Assembly: GCA_965248535.1 (NCBI GenBank)
Contig: CBDFJR010000002.1
Coordinates: 2,016,001-2,080,000, forward strand
DNA from: Phormidesmis sp.
GTDB taxonomy: Bacteria > Cyanobacteriota > Cyanobacteriia > Leptolyngbyales > Leptolyngbyaceae
DNA length: 64,000 nt
Direction of reading: 5' to 3'
Positions within the stretch are counted from its first letter, which is position 1. Every line of letters starts with the position of its first letter. A program made the translations under genes and the position numbers. A model generated the notes under the pieces. That model had not been told where the DNA came from. It was given only the letters and a program-made list of their open reading frames with translations, and made no database searches. Of the stretch, positions 50,589-58,750 are shown piece by piece.

Positions 50589-53500
50589 TTTGTTACTCAG
50601 CGTTTTCAAACACTCACCTGATTCAATATCCCAAAATTTAATTGTTTCATCATAGCCACCACTCACCAGTGTTCTATTATCTGGAACAAAAGTCACTGAG
50701 CGTACTCGATTGGTATGACCATTAAAAGTTTTAAGGCATTCCCCAGTGTAAGCATCCCAGAGCTTTACTGTGTGATCAAGACTACCAGTAGCTAAGAATT
50801 TACTATCACAACTAAAGGATACTGAATCTATTTCACTGGTGTGTCCTTGCAAAGTTTTGAGATATTTTCCCGTACGGAGATTCCATGTTTTGACTGTTTG
50901 GTCTCGACTACCACTAGCTAAAAACTCTCCATTGGGTGCAATAGCGACAGAGCGAATACGATCAGTATGTCCTGTTAAAACTTCACGACATTCTCCTAAG
51001 TTTACGTCCCATAACTTTACTGTTTTGTCAGTGCTGACACTAGCAATAGTTGCACCATCCGGGCTAATGGCAACTGAATTGATCCAGCCATCATGCTGTC
51101 CTTGAAGAGTTTTCAAACATTCACCACTAAGAACATCCCATAACTTTATAGTGCCGTCATCATTACAACTCACCAGAGTCGCACCGTCAGGACTGAATAC
51201 AACTCCTGCCATGTGACTATTGTGCCCATGTAGGGTTTTAAGGCAGTCTCCAGTGTGGATGTCCCAAAGTTTGACTGTATCATCACCACTGCCACTAGCA
51301 AGAGTTTTACCATCAAGACTAATCGCAACTGAACTTATCCACTTGTGATGTCCCTCTAAGGTTCTAAAACAATCTCCAGTGGATGTATTCCATAGCTTGA
51401 CTGTCTTATCATTACTGCCAACAGCAAGAAATCTTCCATCGGGACTAACGACAACTGTATCGATCCAACGACTATTGCCTTGGAATGTCCTCAAACAATT
51501 GCCAGTCTGCGTATTCCAGAGCTTCACTGTCTGATCATCACTGATGCTAACAAAGATTGTGTTGTCTGAATTAAAAGCAATTTTCCTGACTCTAGCGGAA
51601 TGCCCTTCTATAGTTTTGATACATTCGCCAGTACTAATATCCCAAAACTTTATCGTTTGATCTCTACTACCACTTGCAAGAGTTTTATTGTCTTGACTGA
51701 AGGCAATTGATCGTACGCTACGAGTATGACCTTCTAAAATCTTAATGCACTCATGGGTAAAAGGATTCCAGAGCTTTACTGTGTTATCTGAACTACCGCT
51801 TGCAAGAATCTTGCCATCATAACTGAATACTAATGAGAGAACGGACTTAGTTTGTCCTTCTAAGGTTTTCAAACATTGTTCTGAATCTATATCCCAGAAC
51901 TTGATCGTTTTGTCAAAACTACCACTTGCTAAGGTTTTCTCATCAGGAGAGACTGCGATTGCCCATATTATATCTGTATGCCCTTGAAAAGTCTTCAAAC
52001 AGCCTCCCGTCTGAACATCCCAGAGTTTTATGGTTTTATCATCACTGCTACTGGCAAGAATTGTACCGTCTGAATTAAAAGCTATTGATCTCACTGCACC
52101 AGCATGACCCGCCATAACTCTTAGGCATTTCCCGGTATCACTATTCCATAGTTTTACTATTCCTTCATGCCCACCACTAGCAAGAATCAAGCCGTCAGGA
52201 GTAAATGCCACTGAGCTAATCCAATCGCTGTGTCCTCTGAACTTCAGAATTTGCTCACCATTGTCAACTTGCCAAAAGCGAAGTTCACCATCTGCTCCAC
52301 CCGTTACAAATAACTGAGCTTTAGGGCTGAATGCAACGGATAAAAGAAGACCAAAAGCTTCGAGAAAAATAGAATTGGTTAAGTCTGCTTCCGAAAAGTT
52401 AACGTGTCGTAAGCTAGCATTTGTGAAATTAGCACCTTGAAGAATGCTATGGCTAAGATCTCTACCCTCAAGAGCAGTTTTATCCATCGCAACTATCAAT
52501 GTTGCTGTATTGCCTCCGACATAATCTACTTCTACCTTAGTTTTCCCTCGTACTGTATCCAAAATATTTTGGAGGGAAGAATAGTGCGCTACTGAAACAT
52601 GCAACATTGGCAAAATCAGATCTAGTACTGCTTTCGGTAATGATATTTGCCCAAAGCCCGATCGCAACACTTCCAAACTCTCATTCACAAACTCTTTCAA
52701 GGGTGCAATCTGTTTTTCGCGGTGACCAAAATACTCTGACCACTGATAGTCACGCGGTCTCAGGGTGGTATCGACGCAGGGTTGCATCTGTGCTAACTCC
52801 AAAAAATCAGGCGCTAAGGCACCTAATTCAGCGGCAAATTTGTAGGCGACAAAGAACTCTAAGAGCGATCGATGCGCTGGCATATAATCCCCATCAGCAT
52901 TGCGGATCAACATCGTCTGACCCATCATGTCGTAGTGCCAGTGATCCAAGTCTTTCTCTTCCTGAACCACTGAACCAAACAAGCGACGGATACGATCAGG
53001 AAACTCACGATAGTTGAGACTCATGCGATCCGTAGACAACATTTCCCACGACAACTCACACAAGAAATAGAGCTTTTCTGCCAGGGAGGTAAACGTGCGT
53101 TCTGCCTTGATGTCTCGCTCCATTTTGCGTCGTACTGCGTAGAGATAAACACGCGACATATCTACAGGTTTACCCGCTTCAATATCCGGTAGCGCCTCCA
53201 AAATCAATTCTGTCATCACCGGACGACGCGCCAAATCAAGCAATTGTGCGTTGTTCATCACCTGTTGCACCACCTCTGAAGATGCCTGCAACGCCAAGAC
53301 TTGCCGAATTTGCTCATCGTCAAACTTCTCCAGTTCCAGCACCTCAAACTGAGGCGTATCTTCGTTCAGGTTGATGGTTGAGGCTTTAAGTTCCGCATTC
53401 AGTAGCGCCCGTCCTTCTTTGACTTCTGGGAAATGCTCCGTCCGACAGGTCAAAATCACCTTTGCCCCTGGCACGACGATTTTTGCCAATTCCCAAAAGT

Positions 53501-54935
53501 TATTGATCATCTCCTGGCGATCGACCCGCGCTGCCATCTCGTCAAAGCCATCAAAAATCAGCAGCAGCTTGCCCATGCGGTTGAGTTGCTCAAACGCTGA
53601 ATAACCGGGAATTGGAATCTCGTGTTTGCGGAAGAAGAACTCGGAAAACAACGACTCCACGCTCACTGCTTTAGCATAATCGCGCAAGGGAATGACCAGC
53701 GGCAGACGCGGACGATCGACTCCCCGCTTTTGGGCATCCCGATAGCGTTGCAAGGCAACCCAGGCATAGTGCAGCGCAAACCAGGTTTTCCCAGTGCCAA
53801 ACTCACCCAAGACAGAAATATGCTCCTTCGCCGGATCGTCCAGCCATTGGTCAATGTAGCCATCGATCCAGCCATCACGATCGTCGTAACGACTCACCGC
53901 AATGCGCTGCTGTGTCACCGGGTCTAATTCTTCTTTGGTGCAAGCCAGCGGCACGTACTTCTGCTCAATCTGCCGCTGTTGAATTTCTGCCTCTAGCCAA
54001 CTCAGGTATCCACTAAAGTCAGCATCTTGATCCAGCAATTCATCAAAGGTGTAGCAGCCCAAATGAGCGTTTTCGGGTTTCTCAACTTCAGTACGCGCCG
54101 CTCGACTAATCCGTCGGGTCGTGACCAGCCAACCTTCATCGGTGCGCTGCTGTTCCACCGATTGACGCAGCATTCCCACATCGCCAATCTCAGCCGCGCC
54201 TTCCATGCCCCGCACCAGAATGCGATCGTACCGTCCCCGCCGCACCGGAATATTAATCACCCACTCAAAATAATCGTTTTGCCAAATTTCATGGGTCTCA
54301 AAGCGATAGCCCAAGGTTTCAAACCAACCTTTCATCTGTTGCGCCAGCGCAAAGGCTCTACACTGCCGATCCTGAGATTCAGCCGATGGTAAAGCTAAAC
54401 TTTGGGCGGCGAGCCGAGCCATCTCCGTTCGCATTCCCTCTAACGTCGGCAACCGAGTCAATCGTTCTTGAACCGTGCCGATTTGCTGATGGAGCGACTC
54501 TAATTTTTGATTCGTCAACACTTCAGCCGGAGTGCGAGTGCGTTTAGCAACTTCAATAAAAATGGCGGCAAACTGATAAAACTCTCGTCTGGCATCAATG
54601 CCTAGCTCCTGAATTTGTTCGCCTAGGGCATGGCTTGACAGAAACTTCTCGCCTTCTTGCAGCAACAGCGCCGAGTTGTTGCGATCGAGTGCCTTACGAA
54701 AGATCGCTTGGATTGCCAACTGCCGGAAAATCTCCAGCACAGGCTTTGGCTTACCGATGCCATACTCAACCAGGGTGTACTGGTAAACGGCTGTGAAATC
54801 CGCTGGGGGATGATCGGGATCGAGGTTCAGTTGCTTTAACAGCTTAATCACAAGCTCATTGCGCTGAAGCTTGTTTTGCACAACGGGACTCGCAAACCCG
54901 ACAATGATATCGATTAGCTTAACCAACTCAATCAC
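50499..54935 (-). CDS. NACHT NTPase with N-terminal helical and Mrr/REase-like domains, pentapeptide repeats and 14 WD40 repeats
   Basis: Walker A GEFGTGKT, Walker B LLIFDGFDE, ILTCR sensor; pentapeptide tract DLSHSILQGANFTNASLRHVNFSEADL; 14 GH...W(D/N)-type repeats counted by eye. Confidence 0.92.
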   Translation of the reverse strand: MIELVKLIDIIVGFASPVVQNKLQRNELVIKLLKQLNLDPDHPPADFTAVYQYTLVEYGIGKPKPVLEIFRQLAIQAIFRKALDRNNSALLLQEGEKFLSSHALGEQIQELGIDARREFYQFAAIFIEVAKRTRTPAEVLTNQKLESLHQQIGTVQERLTRLPTLEGMRTEMARLAAQSLALPSAESQDRQCRAFALAQQMKGWFETLGYRFETHEIWQNDYFEWVINIPVRRGRYDRILVRGMEGAAEIGDVGMLRQSVEQQRTDEGWLVTTRRISRAARTEVEKPENAHLGCYTFDELLDQDADFSGYLSWLEAEIQQRQIEQKYVPLACTKEELDPVTQQRIAVSRYDDRDGWIDGYIDQWLDDPAKEHISVLGEFGTGKTWFALHYAWVALQRYRDAQKRGVDRPRLPLVIPLRDYAKAVSVESLFSEFFFRKHEIPIPGYSAFEQLNRMGKLLLIFDGFDEMAARVDRQEMINNFWELAKIVVPGAKVILTCRTEHFPEVKEGRALLNAELKASTINLNEDTPQFEVLELEKFDDEQIRQVLALQASSEVVQQVMNNAQLLDLARRPVMTELILEALPDIEAGKPVDMSRVYLYAVRRKMERDIKAERTFTSLAEKLYFLCELSWEMLSTDRMSLNYREFPDRIRRLFGSVVQEEKDLDHWHYDMMGQTMLIRNADGDYMPAHRSLLEFFVAYKFAAELGALAPDFLELAQMQPCVDTTLRPRDYQWSEYFGHREKQIAPLKEFVNESLEVLRSGFGQISLPKAVLDLILPMLHVSVAHYSSLQNILDTVRGKTKVEVDYVGGNTATLIVAMDKTALEGRDLSHSILQGANFTNASLRHVNFSEADLTNSIFLEAFGLLLSVAFSPKAQLFVTGGADGELRFWQVDNGEQILKFRGHSDWISSVAFTPDGLILASGGHEGIVKLWNSDTGKCLRVMAGHAGAVRSIAFNSDGTILASSSDDKTIKLWDVQTGGCLKTFQGHTDIIWAIAVSPDEKTLASGSFDKTIKFWDIDSEQCLKTLEGQTKSVLSLVFSYDGKILASGSSDNTVKLWNPFTHECIKILEGHTRSVRSIAFSQDNKTLASGSRDQTIKFWDISTGECIKTIEGHSARVRKIAFNSDNTIFVSISDDQTVKLWNTQTGNCLRTFQGNSRWIDTVVVSPDGRFLAVGSNDKTVKLWNTSTGDCFRTLEGHHKWISSVAISLDGKTLASGSGDDTVKLWDIHTGDCLKTLHGHNSHMAGVVFSPDGATLVSCNDDGTIKLWDVLSGECLKTLQGQHDGWINSVAISPDGATIASVSTDKTVKLWDVNLGECREVLTGHTDRIRSVAIAPNGEFLASGSRDQTVKTWNLRTGKYLKTLQGHTSEIDSVSFSCDSKFLATGSLDHTVKLWDAYTGECLKTFNGHTNRVRSVTFVPDNRTLVSGGYDETIKFWDIESGECLKTLSNKPYEGMNITGVKGLTEAEKATLKALGAIEH

Positions 54936-55110
54936 AGGGTTTCTCCGCAGGACGATCAGGACTCAATCGTTATTATCCAAACTCCATCGGTTAAATGGGC
55001 AAACCAGCAGATTTTTCTCATCTAAGCCTTGCTCTATGGTTATGAATTCTCTCCTGCCGAGTCAATCACATCTACAAATTGGACTTTGGCTGAATCCAAA
55101 ACCACAACAA

Positions 55111-55133
55111 AGGGACTGACGCTGCCAGTCCCT
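55111..55133 (-). terminator. Hairpin downstream of tRNA-Leu
   Basis: AGGGACTG-7nt-CAGTCCCT followed by TTGTTG on the minus strand. Confidence 0.6.
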
Positions 55134-55147
55134 CAAGGGTAAATATA

Positions 55148-55229
55148 TGCGGATGAAAGGACTTGAACCTTCACTTCTTGCGAAACCAGAACCTAAATCT
55201 GGCGCGTCTACCAATTCCGCCACATCCGC
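55148..55229 (-). tRNA. trnL: tRNA-Leu(UAG)
   Basis: GCGGATG acceptor stem, TGGCGGAATTGGTAGACGC D-arm, CCAGA-TTTAGGT-TCTGG anticodon arm, long variable arm, GGTTCAAGTCC T-arm; CCA not encoded. Confidence 0.97.
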
Positions 55230-55266
55230 GTTTTCTGCTTTACCACTATAGCAAAGCTTTGAGTCG

Positions 55267-55310
55267 TTTTGAGTTTTGAATCTTGAGTTTAGCGCATTCA
55301 AAACTCAAAA
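55267..55310 (-). terminator. Perfect 15-bp inverted repeat downstream of the RHH gene
   Basis: TTTTGAGTTTTGAAT (55267-55281) / ATTCAAAACTCAAAA (55296-55310). Confidence 0.6.
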
Positions 55311-55318
55311 CCCTTATC

Positions 55319-55651
55319 TCATGAGAGACTGCCCACACTAATAGGAATCAAATTGCCTTCGGGGGTAAACCCTAGCATCATTGCGTCGCCCGATCGGATC
55401 ACCGTTCCCGTCAGGGCGCAGCGTTCTTCTTGGTGAGCGGTGGCGGCGATCGTAGCTCGAAAATCAGACGCAGCGATGGTTGCCGTATAGTCACCCGATT
55501 TTTGCTGGACATAGTTCCACAGGATGTCTCGAATCAATGCCTGATAGCCCTGATTGCCAGAAAGTGATTTTAGCTGTTCCTTTAACTCTCGTTCCAGACG
55601 AATGCTGGTGACTTCCATATCGGTGGTGGTGGTGCGAGTCAAGGTATGCAT
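55319..55651 (-). CDS. Ribbon-helix-helix transcriptional regulator, TrcR (All0854)-like
   Basis: VTSIRLERELKEQLK...GYQALIRDILWNYV RHH pattern; divergent from an Alr0857-family gene; TrcR identity recalled from memory, not searched. Confidence 0.7.
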   Translation of the reverse strand: MHTLTRTTTTDMEVTSIRLERELKEQLKSLSGNQGYQALIRDILWNYVQQKSGDYTATIAASDFRATIAATAHQEERCALTGTVIRSGDAMMLGFTPEGNLIPISVGSLS

Positions 55652-55670
55652 GGTCTTCCTCCAAAGTAGC

Positions 55671-55699
55671 TGGACACTTTTATATTACAAGTGTAGTAT
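55671..55699 (+). promoter_or_regulatory. Sigma70-type promoter overlapped by a palindromic operator
   Basis: TGGACA (55671-76), 17 bp spacer, TAGTAT (55694-99); palindrome ATATTACA-AG-TGTAGTAT at 55682-55699. Confidence 0.6.
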
Positions 55700-55775
55700 G
55701 TTAACTGTAGACTGCAAGTTAAGTCCTTCAATATCTTCTGAAATGAACTCTCTACGGCTCTTTTTAACATCGTTT

Positions 55776-55934
55776 TGGCTAGGGCATCGCGTCGGCGATG
55801 GTTCTTGCGAGGCGGGCAGAGTCGTAGTTTTGCCGTTTATGGGCGAGTTTCCAGAGATTAAAAGTTCCCCCACAATTCAGTCCCCATCACTCCGAAGCGG
55901 GAGGGGCAGGCGCGTTCCTGCCCCGGTCTAGCCA
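55776..55934 (+). ncRNA. Candidate structured RNA or leader (unassigned)
   Basis: Closing helix TGGCTAG/CTAGCCA enclosing at least four hairpins; no credible ORF. Confidence 0.45.
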
Positions 55935-55958
55935 GAAAACGCTCAAGTAGTTTTTCTA

Positions 55959-55994
55959 GCCTCCGCTTCACACTCACCAGAAGCGGAGGTTTTT
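55959..55994 (+). terminator. Intrinsic terminator upstream of the Alr0857-like gene
   Basis: GCCTCCGCTTC-10nt-GAAGCGGAGGT followed by TTTT. Confidence 0.7.
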
Positions 55995-56066
55995 GATTGT
56001 TAACCCCTTTGAAACTCATGTAAACCCTTGAAACCCGTAAACCCTGGAACATAGGAGCTACCAGGA

Positions 56067-56477
56067 ATGTTGAAGTTTACCTACACCGAGACGGGGATCA
56101 CCCTTGAGCGGGTCAGCCAATCGCTCGAAGAGTTGGTGATGCTGCGGATTGTGTTAGCGATGCGAGTTGGGCAGCGGCTGATCGTCGAGCCGGGCAGGGC
56201 GACCTTTTTGCTGTCGGCAAATTTGCAGGCTTGGAGGCTGCTGGATGCGGTGGTGCGGCGATCGCTCAATGACGCGATCGAGCTTTGCCAGTGCGATGCA
56301 GACTTCATTGAGGTCAGCCTGCGCGGAAGCTGGATCGCGCAAACCACTAGCAGCGAGGAGGGCATCTTTTTAGCCGAACTGGGCGACTCGCTGCCCGGAA
56401 CGCTGTGGGAGCGGGCCGAGTTTATTATGTTTAAGCTCTGGCAGGAGTCATCGGCGTGCCCGTCTTCGCTGCGATAA
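56067..56477 (+). CDS. Alr0857-family conserved cyanobacterial protein
   Basis: MLKFTYTETG..LE..QSLEE.V..R..LA.RVG, EVSLRGSW and EEGIF pattern; AGGAG RBS upstream; 3' end overlaps menE convergently. Confidence 0.75.
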   Translation: MLKFTYTETGITLERVSQSLEELVMLRIVLAMRVGQRLIVEPGRATFLLSANLQAWRLLDAVVRRSLNDAIELCQCDADFIEVSLRGSWIAQTTSSEEGIFLAELGDSLPGTLWERAEFIMFKLWQESSACPSSLR

Positions 56478-57810
56478 TTTGTCTTAGCTGAGGTTGATTG
56501 ATCTTCCCTTGGGGATTGCGAGGCAAGGTTTCGAGCGAGATCCAATATTTGGGACGCTTGAATTTGCTGAGGGTTTCTTCAAGGGATTTGATTAATTGGC
56601 GGTCAGAAATCGCTGAGGTTTGCGGCACATAGACGGCGGTGACGGCTTGACCCCAGATACGATCGCTGACCCCTAACACACAGACATCTTTAACCAGTTT
56701 GGTGGCCCTTATGGCCGCCTCGACTTCTGCCGGAAAGACGTTTTCGCCGCCTGTAATAATTTTGTTGCTGTCGCGCCCGACAATCTGCAAATAACCGTAG
56801 GGGTCAAAAAATCCCAAATCGTCGGGTTGATAAATGGGCTGCTGCAAAAAATGGGGATAGTAACCCAACATAAGTGAGTCGGCTTGAATGGTGATTTTTC
56901 CGGTTTCACCTGTTGCCAAGGGGTCGCCCTGTTCGTTTTGAATCGTGATTTGAGCGTGAGGTAACGCTTGACCAGCGCCGACTTTGGCGGTTAAGAAATC
57001 CTTTGGTTGCAACGTGACAATTTGGGAGGCGGTTTCGGTCATGCCATAGGTGGGCGCGATCGGGAGTCTATAAAATCTCGCGGCATCCAACAAATCTGAC
57101 CAGGCAGGTGCACCGCCTAACAAGATCGTCTCAAATTGAGATAGCCAAGCAATGGCTGGAGGGTGATCTAAAAGCTTTTGAAGTTGGGTGGGAACGAGGG
57201 AGAGAAAAAAACTTTGAGGGTTGATAGACTGAGCTTCTCCGGCTTCTAGAGCTTTCCACGGGAGAATGACTAACTGCCCGTCTGAGAGAAACGATCGCAT
57301 AAATTGCATCAAACCACTGACGTGATAGAGCGGCAGCACGCAAAACGAATCGACGCGATCGACTGCAAAATAGCGCTGAAATCCTTTTACGGATGCGGTT
57401 AACGTCTCCCAAGTGTGCATCGCAAAGCGAATTTTGCCCGACGTGCCGCCTGTGGGAATCATGATCAGAGGTGACGAATGAAGAGGGAAGGATGATTTTG
57501 GGGGAATGTCTCGGCAAAAAGGCAGCGAGTCTCCCCAGATTAAATCGGGCTTTACTAAGTCAAACACCTGCTGCCACTCGGCATCAACCCAATCGGGATT
57601 GCCCAAAAAAATCGAACAACGGGCAGAACACGCGGCAATGAATCCGGCGAGAAACGCGATCGGGTTGCGTTCGGCTAACAAAATGGTGGGCGGCGTTGCA
57701 TATCGTTGGAGCGCTTGATATCGCTGCTCTGTTAAGTCAGTCAGGGCTTGACTGCTGTGACCGACCAGCCAGTTTTCTCGGTGCCGATGCTGAATTAAAG
57801 ACTTTGCCAC
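56431..57810 (-). CDS. menE: 2-succinylbenzoate-CoA ligase
   Basis: PTGGTSGK AMP-binding motif, LPLYHVSG, YGMTET and IITGGENVFP; men cluster context. Confidence 0.92.
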   Translation of the reverse strand: MAKSLIQHRHRENWLVGHSSQALTDLTEQRYQALQRYATPPTILLAERNPIAFLAGFIAACSARCSIFLGNPDWVDAEWQQVFDLVKPDLIWGDSLPFCRDIPPKSSFPLHSSPLIMIPTGGTSGKIRFAMHTWETLTASVKGFQRYFAVDRVDSFCVLPLYHVSGLMQFMRSFLSDGQLVILPWKALEAGEAQSINPQSFFLSLVPTQLQKLLDHPPAIAWLSQFETILLGGAPAWSDLLDAARFYRLPIAPTYGMTETASQIVTLQPKDFLTAKVGAGQALPHAQITIQNEQGDPLATGETGKITIQADSLMLGYYPHFLQQPIYQPDDLGFFDPYGYLQIVGRDSNKIITGGENVFPAEVEAAIRATKLVKDVCVLGVSDRIWGQAVTAVYVPQTSAISDRQLIKSLEETLSKFKRPKYWISLETLPRNPQGKINQPQLRQIIAAKTGTPMTPARA

Positions 57811-58748
57811 AGTTGATCGCCCTCCTCGATTAAGTCGTCAAACCAGTGAGATGTGCCATAGCCAACCGCGCGATTTTTGAGCGAGAGTTCTGCGGCGAGT
57901 TGCAGTCCGGCTTGGTGCCCGATCGCCGTTTCAAACACTGACGAAAAGACGGCATCGATCGCACTCTCTCGGCAAAATTGGCGAAGTTGAGTCGGCGAAC
58001 CCACGATCGCGGGTTTGATCACAAAAATTCCTCGCCAACCTTGGTAATAGCATTCGCGCAACTGATTCAAACTGGAAACAGATTCGTCGATCGCGAGTGG
58101 CGTTGAGTAGTTTTGGCTCAGTGTTTGCATGAGATCAAATTGCTCGATCGGGAGCGGTTGCTCTAAAAACTCCAGAGTTGGGTTTGTTTTGCCTAACGAA
58201 TCGCAGCGTTGAAGCCACCTTTCAGCCTGTGAGACGGTCAGCCCTGCGTTAGCATCTAATCTCAAAAACGCTCTAGCCGGAAGCTCATCTACAAGTTGCT
58301 CAAAGAATTGAATCTCATCCTCAATGTCAGCAACGCCAATCTTCCATTTAAAGGTGCGATAGCCTTGCCGCCACAACTCTTGCCAGCCATCAAGGACGGC
58401 AAATCCGGTCGGCAAAAGAGCGCTGTATGTCAACGTCGATGGGATTACCGGATCGGTCGTTAGCCTTTCCCAAGCAGACTCAAACCCAAATTGACAAGCT
58501 GATAAATGAGAAGGAATCGCAGCGATCGTCGCCTCATCAATCTCGTTAGGCAACTGCTGACAGAAGGCGATCGCGTCCTCAAAACTTTCTGAACCGAACC
58601 AATCAAGCGGCGCAATCTCGCCAAACCCAACGCCTCCGACATCATTTGTGAAACGCAAAATAATGCCTTCTCGCACCGCCCAGACTCCATGACTTGTCTG
58701 CAACGGTTGTCGAAACGATCGACGATAAGGACGATAGTCAAATCGCAT
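57795..58748 (-). CDS. menC: o-succinylbenzoate synthase
   Basis: TFKWKIG (KxK), LRLDANA, EQP, DES and IKP motifs; start set at MRFDY. Confidence 0.92.
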   Translation of the reverse strand: MRFDYRPYRRSFRQPLQTSHGVWAVREGIILRFTNDVGGVGFGEIAPLDWFGSESFEDAIAFCQQLPNEIDEATIAAIPSHLSACQFGFESAWERLTTDPVIPSTLTYSALLPTGFAVLDGWQELWRQGYRTFKWKIGVADIEDEIQFFEQLVDELPARAFLRLDANAGLTVSQAERWLQRCDSLGKTNPTLEFLEQPLPIEQFDLMQTLSQNYSTPLAIDESVSSLNQLRECYYQGWRGIFVIKPAIVGSPTQLRQFCRESAIDAVFSSVFETAIGHQAGLQLAAELSLKNRAVGYGTSHWFDDLIEEGDQLWQSL

Positions 58749-58750
58749 CG

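Noticed and set aside
50590..52340. WD40 repeats as a DGR target or CRISPR-like array
   Set aside because: Repeats are degenerate 42-aa coding units; no reverse transcriptase, template repeat, or identical repeats with spacers.
49260..55229. tRNA-anchored integrative element or prophage
   Set aside because: No integrase, and I found no duplicated tRNA 3' end (att) near htpX.
55062..55301. 79-aa ORF
   Set aside because: Spans tRNA-Leu; spurious translation of the RNA gene.
56000..56047. Short AAACCC-type repeats before the Alr0857-like gene
   Set aside because: Irregular, short, STRR-like low-complexity sequence common in filamentous cyanobacteria.
55554..56052. ORFs of 62-125 aa across the RHH/Alr0857 intergenic region
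   Set aside because: No RBS or motif support; they overlap the promoter, hairpins and terminator.
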